Shown here: positions 13,347 through 26,548 of the stretch, piece by piece
Layout: every line of letters starts with the position of its first letter
Numbering within the stretch: the first letter of the stretch is position 1
Assembly (NCBI GenBank): GCA_051362555.1
Contig: CM120647.1
Location: forward strand, 4,340,001 to 4,404,000
DNA: 64,000 nt
Direction of reading: 5' to 3'
Source of the DNA: Lingula anatina
Taxonomy: Eukaryota; Animalia; Brachiopoda
Notes under the pieces: model-generated
What the model saw: the letters and a program-made list of their open reading frames with translations, nothing else
Database searches by the model: none
Told to the model about the DNA's origin: nothing
Made by a program: the position numbers and the translations under genes

Positions 13347-13695
13347 TTCTTCGTGTCTTTTGGACTCGCATTACCAATATATGTACGATATCCGTTTAAT
13401 ACAAAATAGTGTTTGCGCATTATATAAGGCATTGAAATAGTACAATGGCGAAGACAAATTCACCGCTATCAAAAGCAAGAAAATGTTGATTATCTGCAAT
13501 AAATGTCATCACCTTGGTCATCGGGGTGTAATTTATCTCAAATTTTTGTTCCTTAACTTGTGCATTGTAATTGCTTTGGATCCTCCCCCCCCCCCAAAAA
13601 AAAAAAAAAAAAAAAAAAAAACACCTTTAGTAAAATGTCACCTTGGTTCTTTTACATGTAATGCTTAGTTTATATATATATATATATATATATGT

Positions 13696-14340
13696 TGATG
13701 TTGATATTGCTTTGCAATTCTACCGGTAGATGTCTCTATAAGCAAAGTGCAGTCCGTCGTGCTAGTTTGAATCTCTTTCAGTAACGTCACGTGATCTATA
13801 CTGAACAGTGACTTACTGTTGATATCATTGAAAACTCTGATTGGCGAAATGTGTACGTAGATATAAATGTGTATATAAGGGAACTGGTTGAAATGAATCG
13901 CTCTCTATTTCTGTGCCGCTATATAAGCTCAAGGTTGTCTTAGGCCTCACTCACAATAAAACTGTTGTTCTGTGTAGATCGATCCAACTCTGCAGGGATT
14001 GCCGTTGAATGCAATAATTTTTACTCCATGGTCCAATCAGAGATGGTGGGCAAGGGGCTGATCAAAATTCTAAATTCCTAAGTTATCAGTTAAGAATGTT
14101 GGGGTAAGCTAAAAAATGTCATACTGAGGGGAAGTTAAAGGTTTTTGACCATGCAGAAACAGAGACATCTTATCATGTTGAGTTCTAAAATAACTATAAT
14201 CACACCGAGTATAATTTGGAAAAATATAATAAATTGCGCTATTCAGTTACTATCTAGTTAGTCTGATACCACACCAGTTATTCAGTAAGTTAGTCATAAT
14301 GTAGTTGGTTGTTTAGTTTATCGGTTAACCAGTCATTAAG
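13696..14340 (+). repeat. Dispersed repeat; inverted copy at ~22058-22972
   Basis: Colinear reverse-complement similarity, for example gcaattctaccggtag, gatcgatccaact, ctgaggggaagttaaaggttt and catgttgagtt. Confidence 0.8.
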
Positions 14341-17218
14341 TGTGCTATTTAGTTGCTTAGTTATTTGGTCAGTTATGTGTCAATTGTGTTTGATTCACTA
14401 TGTGACACGGGAGGGTTTATGGTCGATAGACAATACTGCAATTAAGGCCACACTTTTATTTTTATGGATGACATCCTGCGCGCGCACCAAATTTCGTCCG
14501 TTCTCAAAAAAAAAAAAAAAAAAAAAAAAAAATTACTCCCAACGAAGTCTGTTGTCCAAACATCGTTATTGAATTTGCTGTAAAATGAACTTTCTGCGCA
14601 TGCGTATTATCGCCATGTGGAAATGTTGGCTCATTATCCAAAACAAATGTTAGTTTACAGCTATTACCTGGCTTAAAAGTTAAATTAATAAAAAATGACA
14701 AAGACACATTGCTTTAGTATAGCAACTTCTGCTGTTGCGAGCGAGCAGTTAGCATTGAACATACGTTTTTGTGAAAGTGCAAAAAAGGGGCATTTATTTA
14801 TCAACATGTCAATGTCTAAAATATAGTCATCTTAAAATACTATGACACTCTAGACTGATAAAACGAAAAATAAATACTCACATCATTTCTGGAGACTTTC
14901 AGATGTACGCGAGTGCTGCATTTAAACATCCAATGCGCTCTGTTGATACCTTAGTTGAGTCTGCCTCTTTTGGTGGTCACTGACAACTGTTATCTAAACG
15001 TACTTAATGTCAATATCTACCACCGTAGTGACCGGCATTCTTATATTCAGTTCCGCACTTATTTTTGCTCCTGACGCTGCTGGCTACCTAATAAAACCTT
15101 CCAACCGTGACAAGTGTTGCAGTCGATATTTTCATTTTTGACCGTAAGCAGTCAATAAAATTGTCTAAAACGTCTGTAACACTGGCCGGACAGACCTTTT
15201 TGCATGATATCTTTGGTCCTTCCTTCACTATAACACTGAGCCACATGACAGAGGTCAAATTCTGTAAACTTTTCCCGCCATGTTGCATTAATTTGACACA
15301 TGCAGTGTAAAATATCAGCGAGGCACTGAGTGGCTTAAAAACCGAGGGGAAATGGGGGAAATGAACCAATCATTTACGTTGGCTTAAATACCCTTTGTTT
15401 TTTTAACTTGTAGGCAGTCATATGACGTAGGAGTCCCGTGAAATTTGTGAGTTTTCGTGTTTCCGATCGAACAGTATGATCAGTCGGACATCGGTATTAA
15501 AATATTTTTGGTTTCAATTTATTTTTTCTATTTTCGCCATTTTGAGGTCGGCGGAGCATGAGAAACAAGTTATTAAAAAAAATGCCTTACGTGTTCAAAT
15601 TGGGTTGTTTGTTTCTATCTAGGTGCCAGAAAATCTTACTTTTGTACGCAAACTTATTCGCCCCACGAAAGCCAACTCTTCACTGAGAAATGATTGACAG
15701 CTGAGTACCTACTCTCGTTTCACTGACGTAATTAATTATAATTGTGCCTGTCGCAGTAGGAGACTGCACTTTCTAGGAAGTGTCTAAGGAAGTGCTAACA
15801 AACAAAAAGCAAATTACTTGAGGTGCAAGCAGAGGACAATGCCACTCATCGTGATGCGTGGACGCCGCTCTACACACCAAGACGCGAAAATTAAGAAAGC
15901 AAAGAAAGAATTACTCCGAGAAATGGCCGAATGTGGGAATGTGTCAGCCACGAGTGCCAAGGTCGTAATATGCGAGTTTGAAAATGTTTTTGGGTGGCAA
16001 TGTTATTTCAATTTATAAACCTGCTTCCTGTTACGATTGATCTTTATTGTGAATGTAATAATAGAATCATGATAGCTTAACGATTTTTTTCTGACAACCC
16101 CAACGTTGTACGAATACTTAGCAGCTCAAGTGTGATCTAGAGTCTTGACCTAGACCTGACTCTCTTTCAAAATCATCTTTCTTTCCTCGCTCATCTGTTT
16201 TCTCTCAACTTTCTTTCTTCCCATGACTGTGTATAGAACTGTGCAATGCTTAGCTGACGTAAGACTTATGAGCTGCCAGTGCACACGTAACAGACAACCA
16301 TTCTTGTCCTGCCCCCATAGTAACGGTGCTTGACAACAACGGAGGCGGAGCCTAAAGGCTGACACTCGTGCCAGTCAGGACAGGTAGAAAAACTCGTTCA
16401 AATGTATATTTTTAGTCAGTGTTGCAAAAATATAACTTAGATACAATACTGATTCTTTCCAACATATAAAAAAAAAAAAATCGAGTTTTAGAAGTATTTG
16501 TAATATGCTTGAGGTCTTAAGATTCTTTGTGAAACGGGGGCCTGCTCGGTAAACATGCACTTGGTATTCAGTTGGCATGGTCACGTTTCAAAATGTAAAA
16601 CCCAACCTATTGCACTGCCATTAAACTATATAGCAACAAGGCGCCATGCTCTTGTCGTCCTCTGTACTACCCTCAAAACAAAGTGTGTTCATTTTCTGAT
16701 TAGGCGCCAGGTGTAATAATTGTCTAATTTTAGTGCCCAGTTCTAGTTTTGTAAAAAACGTTGATGTCTCAAAGACCATGTTCACGGAGGAAATTTAAAT
16801 ATTTAACGAGCGCACGTTGAGGCATTTAAGTCGACCATGGCTGCATTTAGACTATCATTACAACAGACAACTATTTCCTTTAAGTCTGCGTTGAGGTCCC
16901 TGTGTTCATTGCAGAATTTGGTTCCCATTGTTCCGCGCTGTGCATTTTCTTTCATAATGGTAATTATTGATATTTTCTTATTTGGAGAGCAAGGACAATC
17001 TTAGGAAGCGGTGTTTGAACGCGGCCGGTAAGGTTACATAATTAAGACAAATGTCACATGTGTCTTGTACTAGAATGCCATTAAATTCGTCTTTGGCGGT
17101 TACATTAGCCATTGGCAATAACAACACAATAGGTGTGTCAGCAGCGCATCCGTTCTTAGCAGTATATAAGACAGCGCGGTTACCAGTAACGTCCTACAGA
17201 TCCAACGCTGAAACCAAT

Positions 17219-18799
17219 ATGAAGCGATTCTGTGTACTCATTCTGGTTGCTGCTCTGTTGCTGAACGAGTGGTGTGTGGTTAACTCTCTTCCCCGGAGTA
17301 GTGGTAAGTAATTGATAATTGTATTCCATAAACTGTCGATGAAAATGACAATGTACAATATGATAAAGCATGTACCTTGACTATAAGATCTACAGACTTG
17401 ACATTTAATATGGAATATATTTTCTAAATCATAATTCATCAATTTTTTTCCTACTTTGGTAACTGATAAATAAAAATAAAGATTAAAATCGCATTGTAAT
17501 AAATTTTGATAATCTCTTAGATGTCGTTCAGACATTAGTCCATGAATTGAATTCGCCAGTGCAGCAAACAAAAATGCATTGCCTATTCTACTGTAGGTCA
17601 TACGACAACCACTGAAAGCCATATTTTGGATCTCGATATTTTCCAAATTATTCTCCTTAAAAGAGTGATACGCCCCACAAAGCACTCTCGAAGTCAATAG
17701 CTAGTCATAGAAACGGTCGCTGTTACGCTTGACCTTATATGGCTGCTACCTGAACTTTCAAGCGGCAAGGATTTAGGATAGGTTGTTAGATTTTAATCTG
17801 GAATAAGATTCCAGGCAACAGTCAAAACTTGTCCAATTTAATTAAGTTTTGTTATAGGACATGCAGGTCATTGTTTCAGCGAGAAATAACATATCCACGT
17901 GTTGTCAATGTGGTTCAAATATGGCCATTTTGATGACAAAGGTAGCTGCTCATTCCCTTGGCTCTGTAAGTTATCTGATATTTAAAGTGCTCAGCGTGAA
18001 CCAGCAATCTCATCGTGCAACCTAAAATTGTACCAAAGGTGCCTCCTATCAATGATAATCAAATGGTTCCCAGATTATTCCTTTACCTGAACTGATTCAG
18101 TTTTTTATCGATGGCTACCATAGGTGTTTTGGCACCAATGTGGTACCCACTCCAAATACTGACGCTGTCAATGACCTTAGTCAATTCAAACGCGGCACAC
18201 CCCTTGTCGTAGGCCTCTTTAGGATGTCTGTAAACTATGTTTTGACCAGTTAAGCGGTGCAGGTGAAATCTGACCTCAATAAAGAAAGCCACGCGGTGTC
18301 AGTGTTCTACCCAGAAACGGTAAAAGTCCCCAATTTATTAGAGAAACAGACGATGCTGTTTTGCAGTTTACAGTGGCTTCCTGCAGTTTTGTATCGTAAC
18401 CTGCTGAGACCAGTTTGGTATACCTTTAAAACTGAATTGTTTCATATTAAATGTCAATTCTGTATAACCCAGCTTTGCAGTATTTTTCAGCATTACATAT
18501 CTTACATATATATATATAAGTTACAATATATGATAAATTCATCAGAAACATAATTTTTTGACTTACTGAACATCACACAAGCTTCTTGAAAATGACTTGC
18601 ACGGGAATACCCATGCATTTGGTATCATTGTAAGCCATTTACTTAGTTGTAGCCATTGCTGCCTATTACGGATCAACTGATTTCCTAAATAATGACAAAT
18701 GGACACCGGGATCTCTTGGTACATGTATGACAACAATAACGTGATTACAAGATTATTTTTGCATGTAGACACTCGAACTCCCAAAATTGGGACTAAAAG

Positions 18800-18870
<71 letters not shown>

Positions 18871-19731
18871 CTATCAACAAGGGGCATCAACGACGGCAAG
18901 TGAACTCTCGGACATCTTACAGAAGATTGTGTCTCCCTGTACCACCGTTCAAACCAACTGTAACAACCATGCTCTTGATATTGTCTTCGCATTGGACAGC
19001 AGTTCGAGCATTAATGATACTCAGTTTAAGGCGCAGAAACATGCCACAAAGGTAAATAGTGCTTGAATCCAAAATAAACAAACAAACAAACAAACAAACA
19101 AACAAACAAACAAACAAAAAAAACATATTCCAAAGAAACTTAGTTTTATTTTGAATTCAAAATGTAAATAACATCTAAAACACTTCCACTGATATAGGTA
19201 TTCGATTGCCGCTTCTACACGTCAGTGATCTCACCATGGGCTATTTCTAATGTGTTTAATTCTATACGTTGAAAAAGAAATATATCTGGCTAGCATTGGC
19301 TCATTTTTATTTTGATCTGATACAGCGTGGTTTAATTGGAGTCATATTCTGCGCAGTTATATAGGCAATGTGAGATGACAATGGTTATTCTTAGACATCA
19401 ACATATTTGGTTTTATGTAGGATTTATATGCCATTATGGTAGCTCAATTGTGTATGCATTGGATGTATTGAAGCCACGCTTGTCTTTATTTCTCAGATGA
19501 TAACTAAATTCATCGATATGCATAGTCCTATTACCCCCGATGGAACCCGGGTTGGTGCATTGACGTTTGCCACTGATGTGGAAAGAGAGTTTGAGCTGAA
19601 TGAACACACTGACTTGGCCACAGTTAAAGCTTACATAGATGCGATTGACAATAGAAGTAAGTCGATCTTTTTACTCGCTCTCTTTCTTAACTCTCTCTTT
19701 CTCTCTCATGAACATGCAAACGCGCACACGA

Positions 19732-19776
<45 letters not shown>

Positions 19777-20585
19777 CTTTGTTCTACAAAATCATTTTTG
19801 TCTCTTTTTAGTGGGAGACACGAATATAGAACTGGCTTTAGAGACCGCGCAGCTCATGTTTGAAGATGTTTTCTTGGAAGAAAGCCCAAAGCTTATATGG
19901 CTACATACTGATGGGGTGTCTAATATGGGTGATCCGATTCCAAGAGCAACAAGTATTAAAAACCAAGGTTAGTATATCAGTGAAGCGTGTATATGGTCAA
20001 ATTATCCAATTGAGATTCAGTCCAAGTAAAGACTGCCGTTACTTTGAGTTGACTGAGATATTGTTTCGTAAATAATTGGAAATATCGCGGTAAAGACGTT
20101 CTGTAAAGACGCTGCGACCAATTTTGTAGTTGACTTTTCCGTACCTGATTTTAGCGATCTTCACAAAACCTTAAAACGTTAATTACTATGGTAATCTAAG
20201 CAGTAAAAATGGTTTGGAAAAAAAAACATTAAATGTGAAGTCTGTATATAAATATCAACACTCTTATCTGAACAGACCATTAATGATGTGACCCTTGAAA
20301 GGAGTTTTTTAAAATTCACATATATATTTTGTAAGTTTCTTTGTTTGGATTTGGAAATATATAGTTCGTTTGGATAGTTTCTGTCACCATTATTTATCAA
20401 TTCTTTATCTATATTTATTTCCAGGATGGACAATCTGCGTGGTAGCTATTGGTAGCCATGCGGATGTATATGGAATTGAAGACATAGCATCTCCGGGATG
20501 TGTTGTCAAATTTGGGAGTTTTACAGAGTACGCAATTGTCGCAAGAGATGTTCAGGGTCAAGAGCAATCTGATTACCTTGTTTAA
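17219..20585 (+). CDS. Secreted single-VWA protein, copy 3 (5 exons, 243 aa)
   Basis: Exons 17219-17303, 18882-19051, 19497-19656, 19812-19967, 20425-20585; GT-AG; open frame; DSSSS, GDTN and TDG are intact. Confidence 0.88.
17393..18462 (-). mobile_element. Internally deleted Tc1-family element in intron 1 of VWA copy 3 (same family as 39304-40951)
   Basis: TIR cagacttgacatttaatatggaat / catattaaatgtcaattctg with TA flanks. Decayed transposase FFIEVRFHLHR..SVSIWSG..LN. The site is empty in copies 1 and 2. Confidence 0.88.
18803..18867. repeat. (TA)n microsatellite
   Basis: Directly visible; ends about 14 nt before exon 2 of copy 3. Confidence 0.95.
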
Positions 20586-20720
20586 TTCTTCGTGTCTTTT
20601 GGACTCTTAATCACCTATGTACGAGATCCCAAGAATGGTTCTGGTCCAAAATAAAACTGATATTTCCGTTTAATTCTTCGTGTCTTTTGGACTCGCAATG
20701 CCATTATATGTACGAGATCC
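20542..20720 (+). repeat. 88-bp tandem duplication of the VWA stop-codon region
   Basis: The second unit, 20632-20673, reads RMVLVQNKTDISV* and is followed by a repeat of ttcttcgtgtcttttggactc. Confidence 0.85.
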
Positions 20721-21118
20721 GTTCAATACTAAAAGTGTTTGCGCATTACATAAGTCATTGAAATAGAACAATAACGTGGACAAAATCACCACTATCAAAA
20801 TCAGAAGAATGATGATTATCTGCAATAAATGTCATCACCTTGGTCATCGCGGTATAATTTATCTCGTGTTTTTTCCTTAATTTGTGCTCTGTAATTGCTT
20901 TAGATTCCGAAAAAAAACCCTTTAGTACAATGTCACCTTGGTTCTTATACATGTAATGCTTAAAAAAAAAGTAGTTTTAGGGAGACATTGGGGGCGGGGG
21001 GAGACAAACAGTCTCCATTTCTTGGAGTTAACAGTCAATACTATTATGGAAGCACGTTGGTCGTATACTCTTTACTGATATATGGGGCTATTTTGCCAAG
21101 ATCCAAGGTCTCGTGCTA

Positions 21119-21155
<37 letters not shown>

Positions 21156-22057
21156 TAATTACCTCCGCCAAAGGGTAATGCGTTTGATTTAGTGTGTTTG
21201 TATACATACAGGTTAGCAACATTTTGCAGTAAGCAATGAGAGTCTGCCAAGGAACAAATGCTTAGATTTTGGCGTTGCTTCATATCACCATCAACCCTAT
21301 TTAAACACATAATTGAAAAAGGTTTCGTTAGCGACATACAATCTCCTCTTTCCGCCCTGTAATGCATGTGCCAAAACCTTCACCCTTCGGTTTCTTAGGA
21401 ATGTTGTTTAGTAAGCAGGATTCGTAGTGTTCTGAATGTTCTGACATATTTCGATCTGGTGACACTGTGTTATCTCCCATACAACTTGACTCTTCTCCCA
21501 ACCTTATTGACAGTTGACTAACAGTGATGAATTTTCTTTGTGGAGATGGGAATTCTTTCCCTAATTTTGTAATTATTATGATCTTGTTGTAAAAGTGGTT
21601 GGTTTTGTTTCCCCCCTTTTCTGTATTTATGCAAAATACTTTTGGTCATGACCTAAGTGCAGCATATATATGACATAAATACTGTACCGTTTGTACGAAT
21701 GATGTTCTTGGTTACACAGGTGGCCTTTGGTAAAACTTTTTTATAGTTTAGCTATCTGTCATCACCACATGACCAGTTCAGCCCAAGAGTGACATCATCA
21801 GCGACGCATCAACGTGATGGACTGAATAATTAACACTTGCAAACCCCGTTAAAACGCGGCGGGCGGAAGTACGTTTAAAGTGTGTTCAAAGTATGTTAAA
21901 ATCTTGCTTGATTAATCGTTCAGAAAATACAAAATAGCGGTGAAAATACCTATATTTTATAACATTAATTTAAATTTAGAGTATGTGCCCCTCTAATCCT
22001 GTTTTTCAATGTGCGTTGCACACAGCTTTCTCTTGTCAAATAATTTGTATAATGACG

Positions 22058-22972
22058 TAATCACTGGTAAACTGACTAACCAACCAACTGCATTATTACT
22101 GACTGACTAAATAGGGGAGAGCAGGGCTAGTTGGACCCCGGGGTAAGTCCCCCCCCCCCGTTAATTTATGAAAAAGTAACTACGAGGTGAAAAAAATGAT
22201 CACACACTCGTATAAAGTGACCATAGCCTACATTGCTAAGGAAGTGTCAGACGTTAAAAAGTTTTACTTAAGCGGTGTGTCAAAATAAACGATTTTTGCA
22301 CCTAAAAGTAATTTTGTTTCAGATATTTAAATTATATATTTTCATAGGCTTTTGATCGAATTTGATCAACTATATAATAACTAATTACCGCATTTTTTTA
22401 ATTTCTATTTTTCGAAAATATACTCGGTGGTGATTATAGTAATTTTAAAACTCAACATGAAAAGATGTCTCTCTTTCTGCACGGCCACAAACCTTTAACT
22501 TCCCCTCAGAATGACATTTTGAGCTTACTCCAACATTCTTAATTGATCACTTCCCCTCAGAATGACATTTTGAGCTTACTCCAACATTCTTAATTGATCA
22601 CTTATCGATTTAGATTTTTGATCAGCCTTTTGCCCACCCTCTCTGTTTCAACCATGCCTATTAGTAAACATTTTTCAGCGAGAGTCCATGCATAGTTGGA
22701 TCGATCCACACAGAGCAACAGCTTCATTATGAACGAGACCCAAGACAACCTTGAGCTCAGCGGCACGGAAATAGAGAGCGATTCATTCCAAGCAGTCCCC
22801 TTACATACATTTCCATCTTCGTTCACATTCGCCAAACAGATTTTTTTAAAATGAAATAAGCAGTAAATCACTATTAGGTATAGATTACGCGACGCTACGG
22901 AAAGAGATCCAAACTAGAACGATGGACTGCCTACAAAGACAGCTACCGGTAGAATTGCAAAACAATCTCAAC
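22058..22972 (-). repeat. Inverted copy of the 13696-14340 repeat with an exact internal 51-bp tandem duplication (22498-22599)
   Basis: acttcccctcagaatgacattttgagcttactccaacattcttaattgatc occurs twice; there is also an extra insertion at ~22114-22365. Confidence 0.8.
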
Positions 22973-23221
22973 TAACGCAATAACACGAATGCCCTGGAAG
23001 CAGGAAGAAGAGTCCGGAAGTGTCAGTGATAGTTTACCCCATAGAGCCCGTCACCGCATATGTGCGGTTCAATTATCGCTTACCCCAAACGCCCAGAACC
23101 GCATATGTGCGTATCTTGGAAAGATCGTCTTCTGTACTCTTTTGTATCGTGAGTCATGAAATGATATATAGTTTAACATCCGGGTATGTTTCTTGTCTCT
23201 CATTGCCACCATTTTTAAAGG

Positions 23222-23634
23222 CGATAGAATATATATGAGCGAGAAAACGGCGATTTTCAAGACTTAGTTGGAGAAAGTAAAATCAAGATGGCGGCTCCTC
23301 GCTACGGTAGGGACCTGCGAAGGGATTTTATTATTGAAATGATTGAAAATCCGGACTTTGAAGAGAAGTTTTCGTGTGACAGTAACATAGACAGTGGCGT
23401 TGATATTCATTTATTTATGATATAAAGGACGATAGAAATATATATGAGCGAGAAATCGGCGATTTTCTAGACCTAGCTGGTGAAAGTAAAATCAAAATGG
23501 CGACTTCTCACTACGGAAGGGGCCTGCGAATGAATACTGTTATTGAAATGATTGAAAACTACGACACTGATAAGGTGTTTTCGAGTGACAGTGATATAGA
23601 CAGTGGGGATGATATTCCTTTATTCATGATATAA
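23222..23634 (+). repeat. ~208-bp tandem duplication (2 units)
   Basis: cgatagaa(a)tatatatgagcgagaaa...aaagtaaaatcaa(g/a)atggcg...gatattc(a/c)tttatt(t/c)atgatataa occurs twice. Confidence 0.85.
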
Positions 23635-24157
23635 GTTTTAAAGATGTTTTTGTCATAGATGGTGTAAAAAGTTGACTTCTATTCAGCTCTGGCCACGATG
23701 TTCAGGTGAGCTGAAAAGCTGGTATACCTGATAGCAAAACGATCATAACTTGAAAATTGATAGAGATAAATTGCTGAAATTTCCTGGATTGAAAGTTACT
23801 ATAATTGACATCATCCATGTGAATTTTCAGGCAAATGTATGTAGAAATAAAAAATTGATGTGCATAAGATAAATCAACTTTGTTTTATTTTACCCATTAC
23901 CAAATGAAAATGTAGTTTTTAACCGGCTATAACTTTTGATACTGCATGTTAAATTTAAATGTTATTCTATTTTCAATTAGCTTGAAATATTGGTTTTTTA
24001 AAAATGTATACTTTGTATGGGTAATAAAGACAAACAAATAAATTATGACCGATTTACTGAGGTGACCCGGCTTTTCAAGGCTAGCTCACAGAATTAATTG
24101 GGCACAGCAGAGCTTTATGGGTCAGCATTAACTGGGTCCTATGGGGTTATGTGACAA

Positions 24158-24365
24158 TTAACCCTCAAGTGACCGAGTGGGGTCATTTACGACCCAAGCC
24201 ATATGATATAACGTGCCATTTCTTAATTTTTTATTCGAACTTTCTTTCCATGCATGAGTTTGTCGGTCTACTAATTCTACACACTTTCACAGTTTTTTGT
24301 AGGGATCAACCAGTTAGTGTGGCGTATACATCACAGACTCTTGTGGGGTCATATATGACCCCAAA
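24158..24365 (+). mobile_element. Possible piggyBac-like left terminus
   Basis: TTAA|CCCT start with subterminal palindromes ggggtcatttacgaccc and ggggtcatatatgacccc. No matching right end was seen. Confidence 0.35.
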
Positions 24366-25702
24366 GAGAAGCATTGTTTTTCAATATTAGTTTTTAAATT
24401 TTATTCAAATATTTTGCCCACGCAACACTGACAGGAAAATGTCACATGCATGTGCTTCATGCAACCAGCCAGTGTACCCAAAGCATAGGCACAAATAAGT
24501 GGTTTGTGAAGATTGTGCTTGAAGTGTTAATAATAGTGCATTGCTGAATCTAATTTCAGTAGCTTTGTTGGAACTTATTCTCATAACTGGGTCTCTCATT
24601 TTGACGGTTACAATTCCCGGGTATTTCGGAAATCTGAAGAATTCTGTCGATATCATATTATTCATATATTAACAATTTTTGTGTGGATTTTTTTATACAC
24701 AGATGTGGTAGTAACATACATGTAGGTTGATTGAATGTGATCTGAGTAGTATGACTTCCTTACCAGCATAAGGGTATTCCATACTCAGCAAGGCTGCTAA
24801 TCATTCTTATTGAAGTTAGCAGAATGCTATCTCAACATAAGTCAAAATATTTTTACTCAAAGTAATTTTGCTATGTTCTTTTTTCATTTAGGCAAATAAA
24901 AAGAGAAATATTTCTGCAAGTGGAAACTGGCAAGGACTGTTCAAATACCGGTGTAATGTTGTTCTTAAAATCTGTGCTTGGTTATTTCATGCAATAAAAG
25001 TATTCATACCAAATACTTATTACATTAGATCATTATAAAATACTTGTCTTAAATCCTGGGAGAAGCATATATGTAATAAACCCTCAACAGCCTTTTATAA
25101 TAAGGATCCCTGTACTGAGCACAATGGGGTCATAGACATTGATAAGAATTCTGTTCTTTGGTCGTGTAATTTTTTAAAACATTATTAAGATGATTTGCTG
25201 CTTTAAGGGTTGTTTTATGAGTGAGAATAATATAGTCATGTACTTTTGTTTGCTTCACAATGACATCGAAATATTATCAAAACAGTACGTGATTTTTTTT
25301 CATTTATTAGCCACAAAAACAGAAAATAAGAAGAAAGACGATTCATCAACAAAGGGGAGGGGGTAAATATGTACGTCTTGAACTGATTTCGAAGCATTCG
25401 ATTTAGAAGGACCAAGGTGACATTGTACTAAAAATAGTGTACTTGCACTGAGATTCAGATGTTTTTTCGAGAATCCAAATTAATTACAACGCAGAAGTTA
25501 AGGGACATGAATACGAGATAAATTACACCCCGATGACGAAGGTGATAACATATATTGCAGATAATCAGCATTCTTCTGGTTTTTGATAGTGGTGATTTTA
25601 TCTTCGCTATTGTTCTATTTGAATGACTAATATAATGCGCAAACAATGCCTTGTATTACTTGTATTTGGATCTCGTACATAGAGTCCGAAAGGCACGAAG
25701 AG

Positions 25703-26499
25703 TTAAGCAGCGTTATCAGCTTGCTCTAGACCCCTAGCCTCTCTTGCAACTTTTACGTACTCTGTAAAACTTCCAAATTTGACAACACATCCAGGAGATG
25801 CTATGTCTTCAATTTTATGCGCATGGCCACCAATAGACACCACGCAGATTGTCCATCCTGGAAATAAATAGATATAATGAATTGATGAAGAATGGTGGCA
25901 GAAACTATAATTTATCCAAACAAACAACTAAAACAATTTATACATATAGGTATCTTTCACTTATTTCATTCTTTTCAGATGGTAAATATATATTAGAACT
26001 GTTTCAAGAGTCACATCAATTATGGTCTGATAAAATAGGATTGATATACATATGAGTGTGTGTGTGTGTATATCACAATAACGTTTAAAGTTTTGTGGAA
26101 ATCACATAAATCAGGTACGGAAAAAGTAGACTACAGAATTGGTCAAAAGGCCTTTACAGAACGATTGACCCGCAACATTTCAAATTATTTGCAAAACAAT
26201 ACCTTAATAGGCTAAAAGTCACGAAAGTCTTTACTTAGACAGAATATTGATAAAGATAGTTTTCACCATATACACGCTTCATTGATATACTAACCTTGAT
26301 TTTTAATACTTGTTGCTCTTGGTCGCGGATCCCCCAGGTTAGACATCCCGTCACTATGTAGCCATATTAGCTTCGGGCTTTCTTCCAAGAAAAAACTTCA
26401 AACATCAGCTGTGCGGTCTCCAAAGCCAGTTCTATGTTCGTGTCTCCCACTTAAAATATACATTTTTCTATAATAATGTATGTGTGTTTGTGTGTGTTT

Positions 26500-26548
<49 letters not shown>

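Noticed and set aside
15818-16365. Short basic ORFs resembling transposase N-termini
   Set aside because: No catalytic motifs or termini were found, so the evidence is too weak to call.
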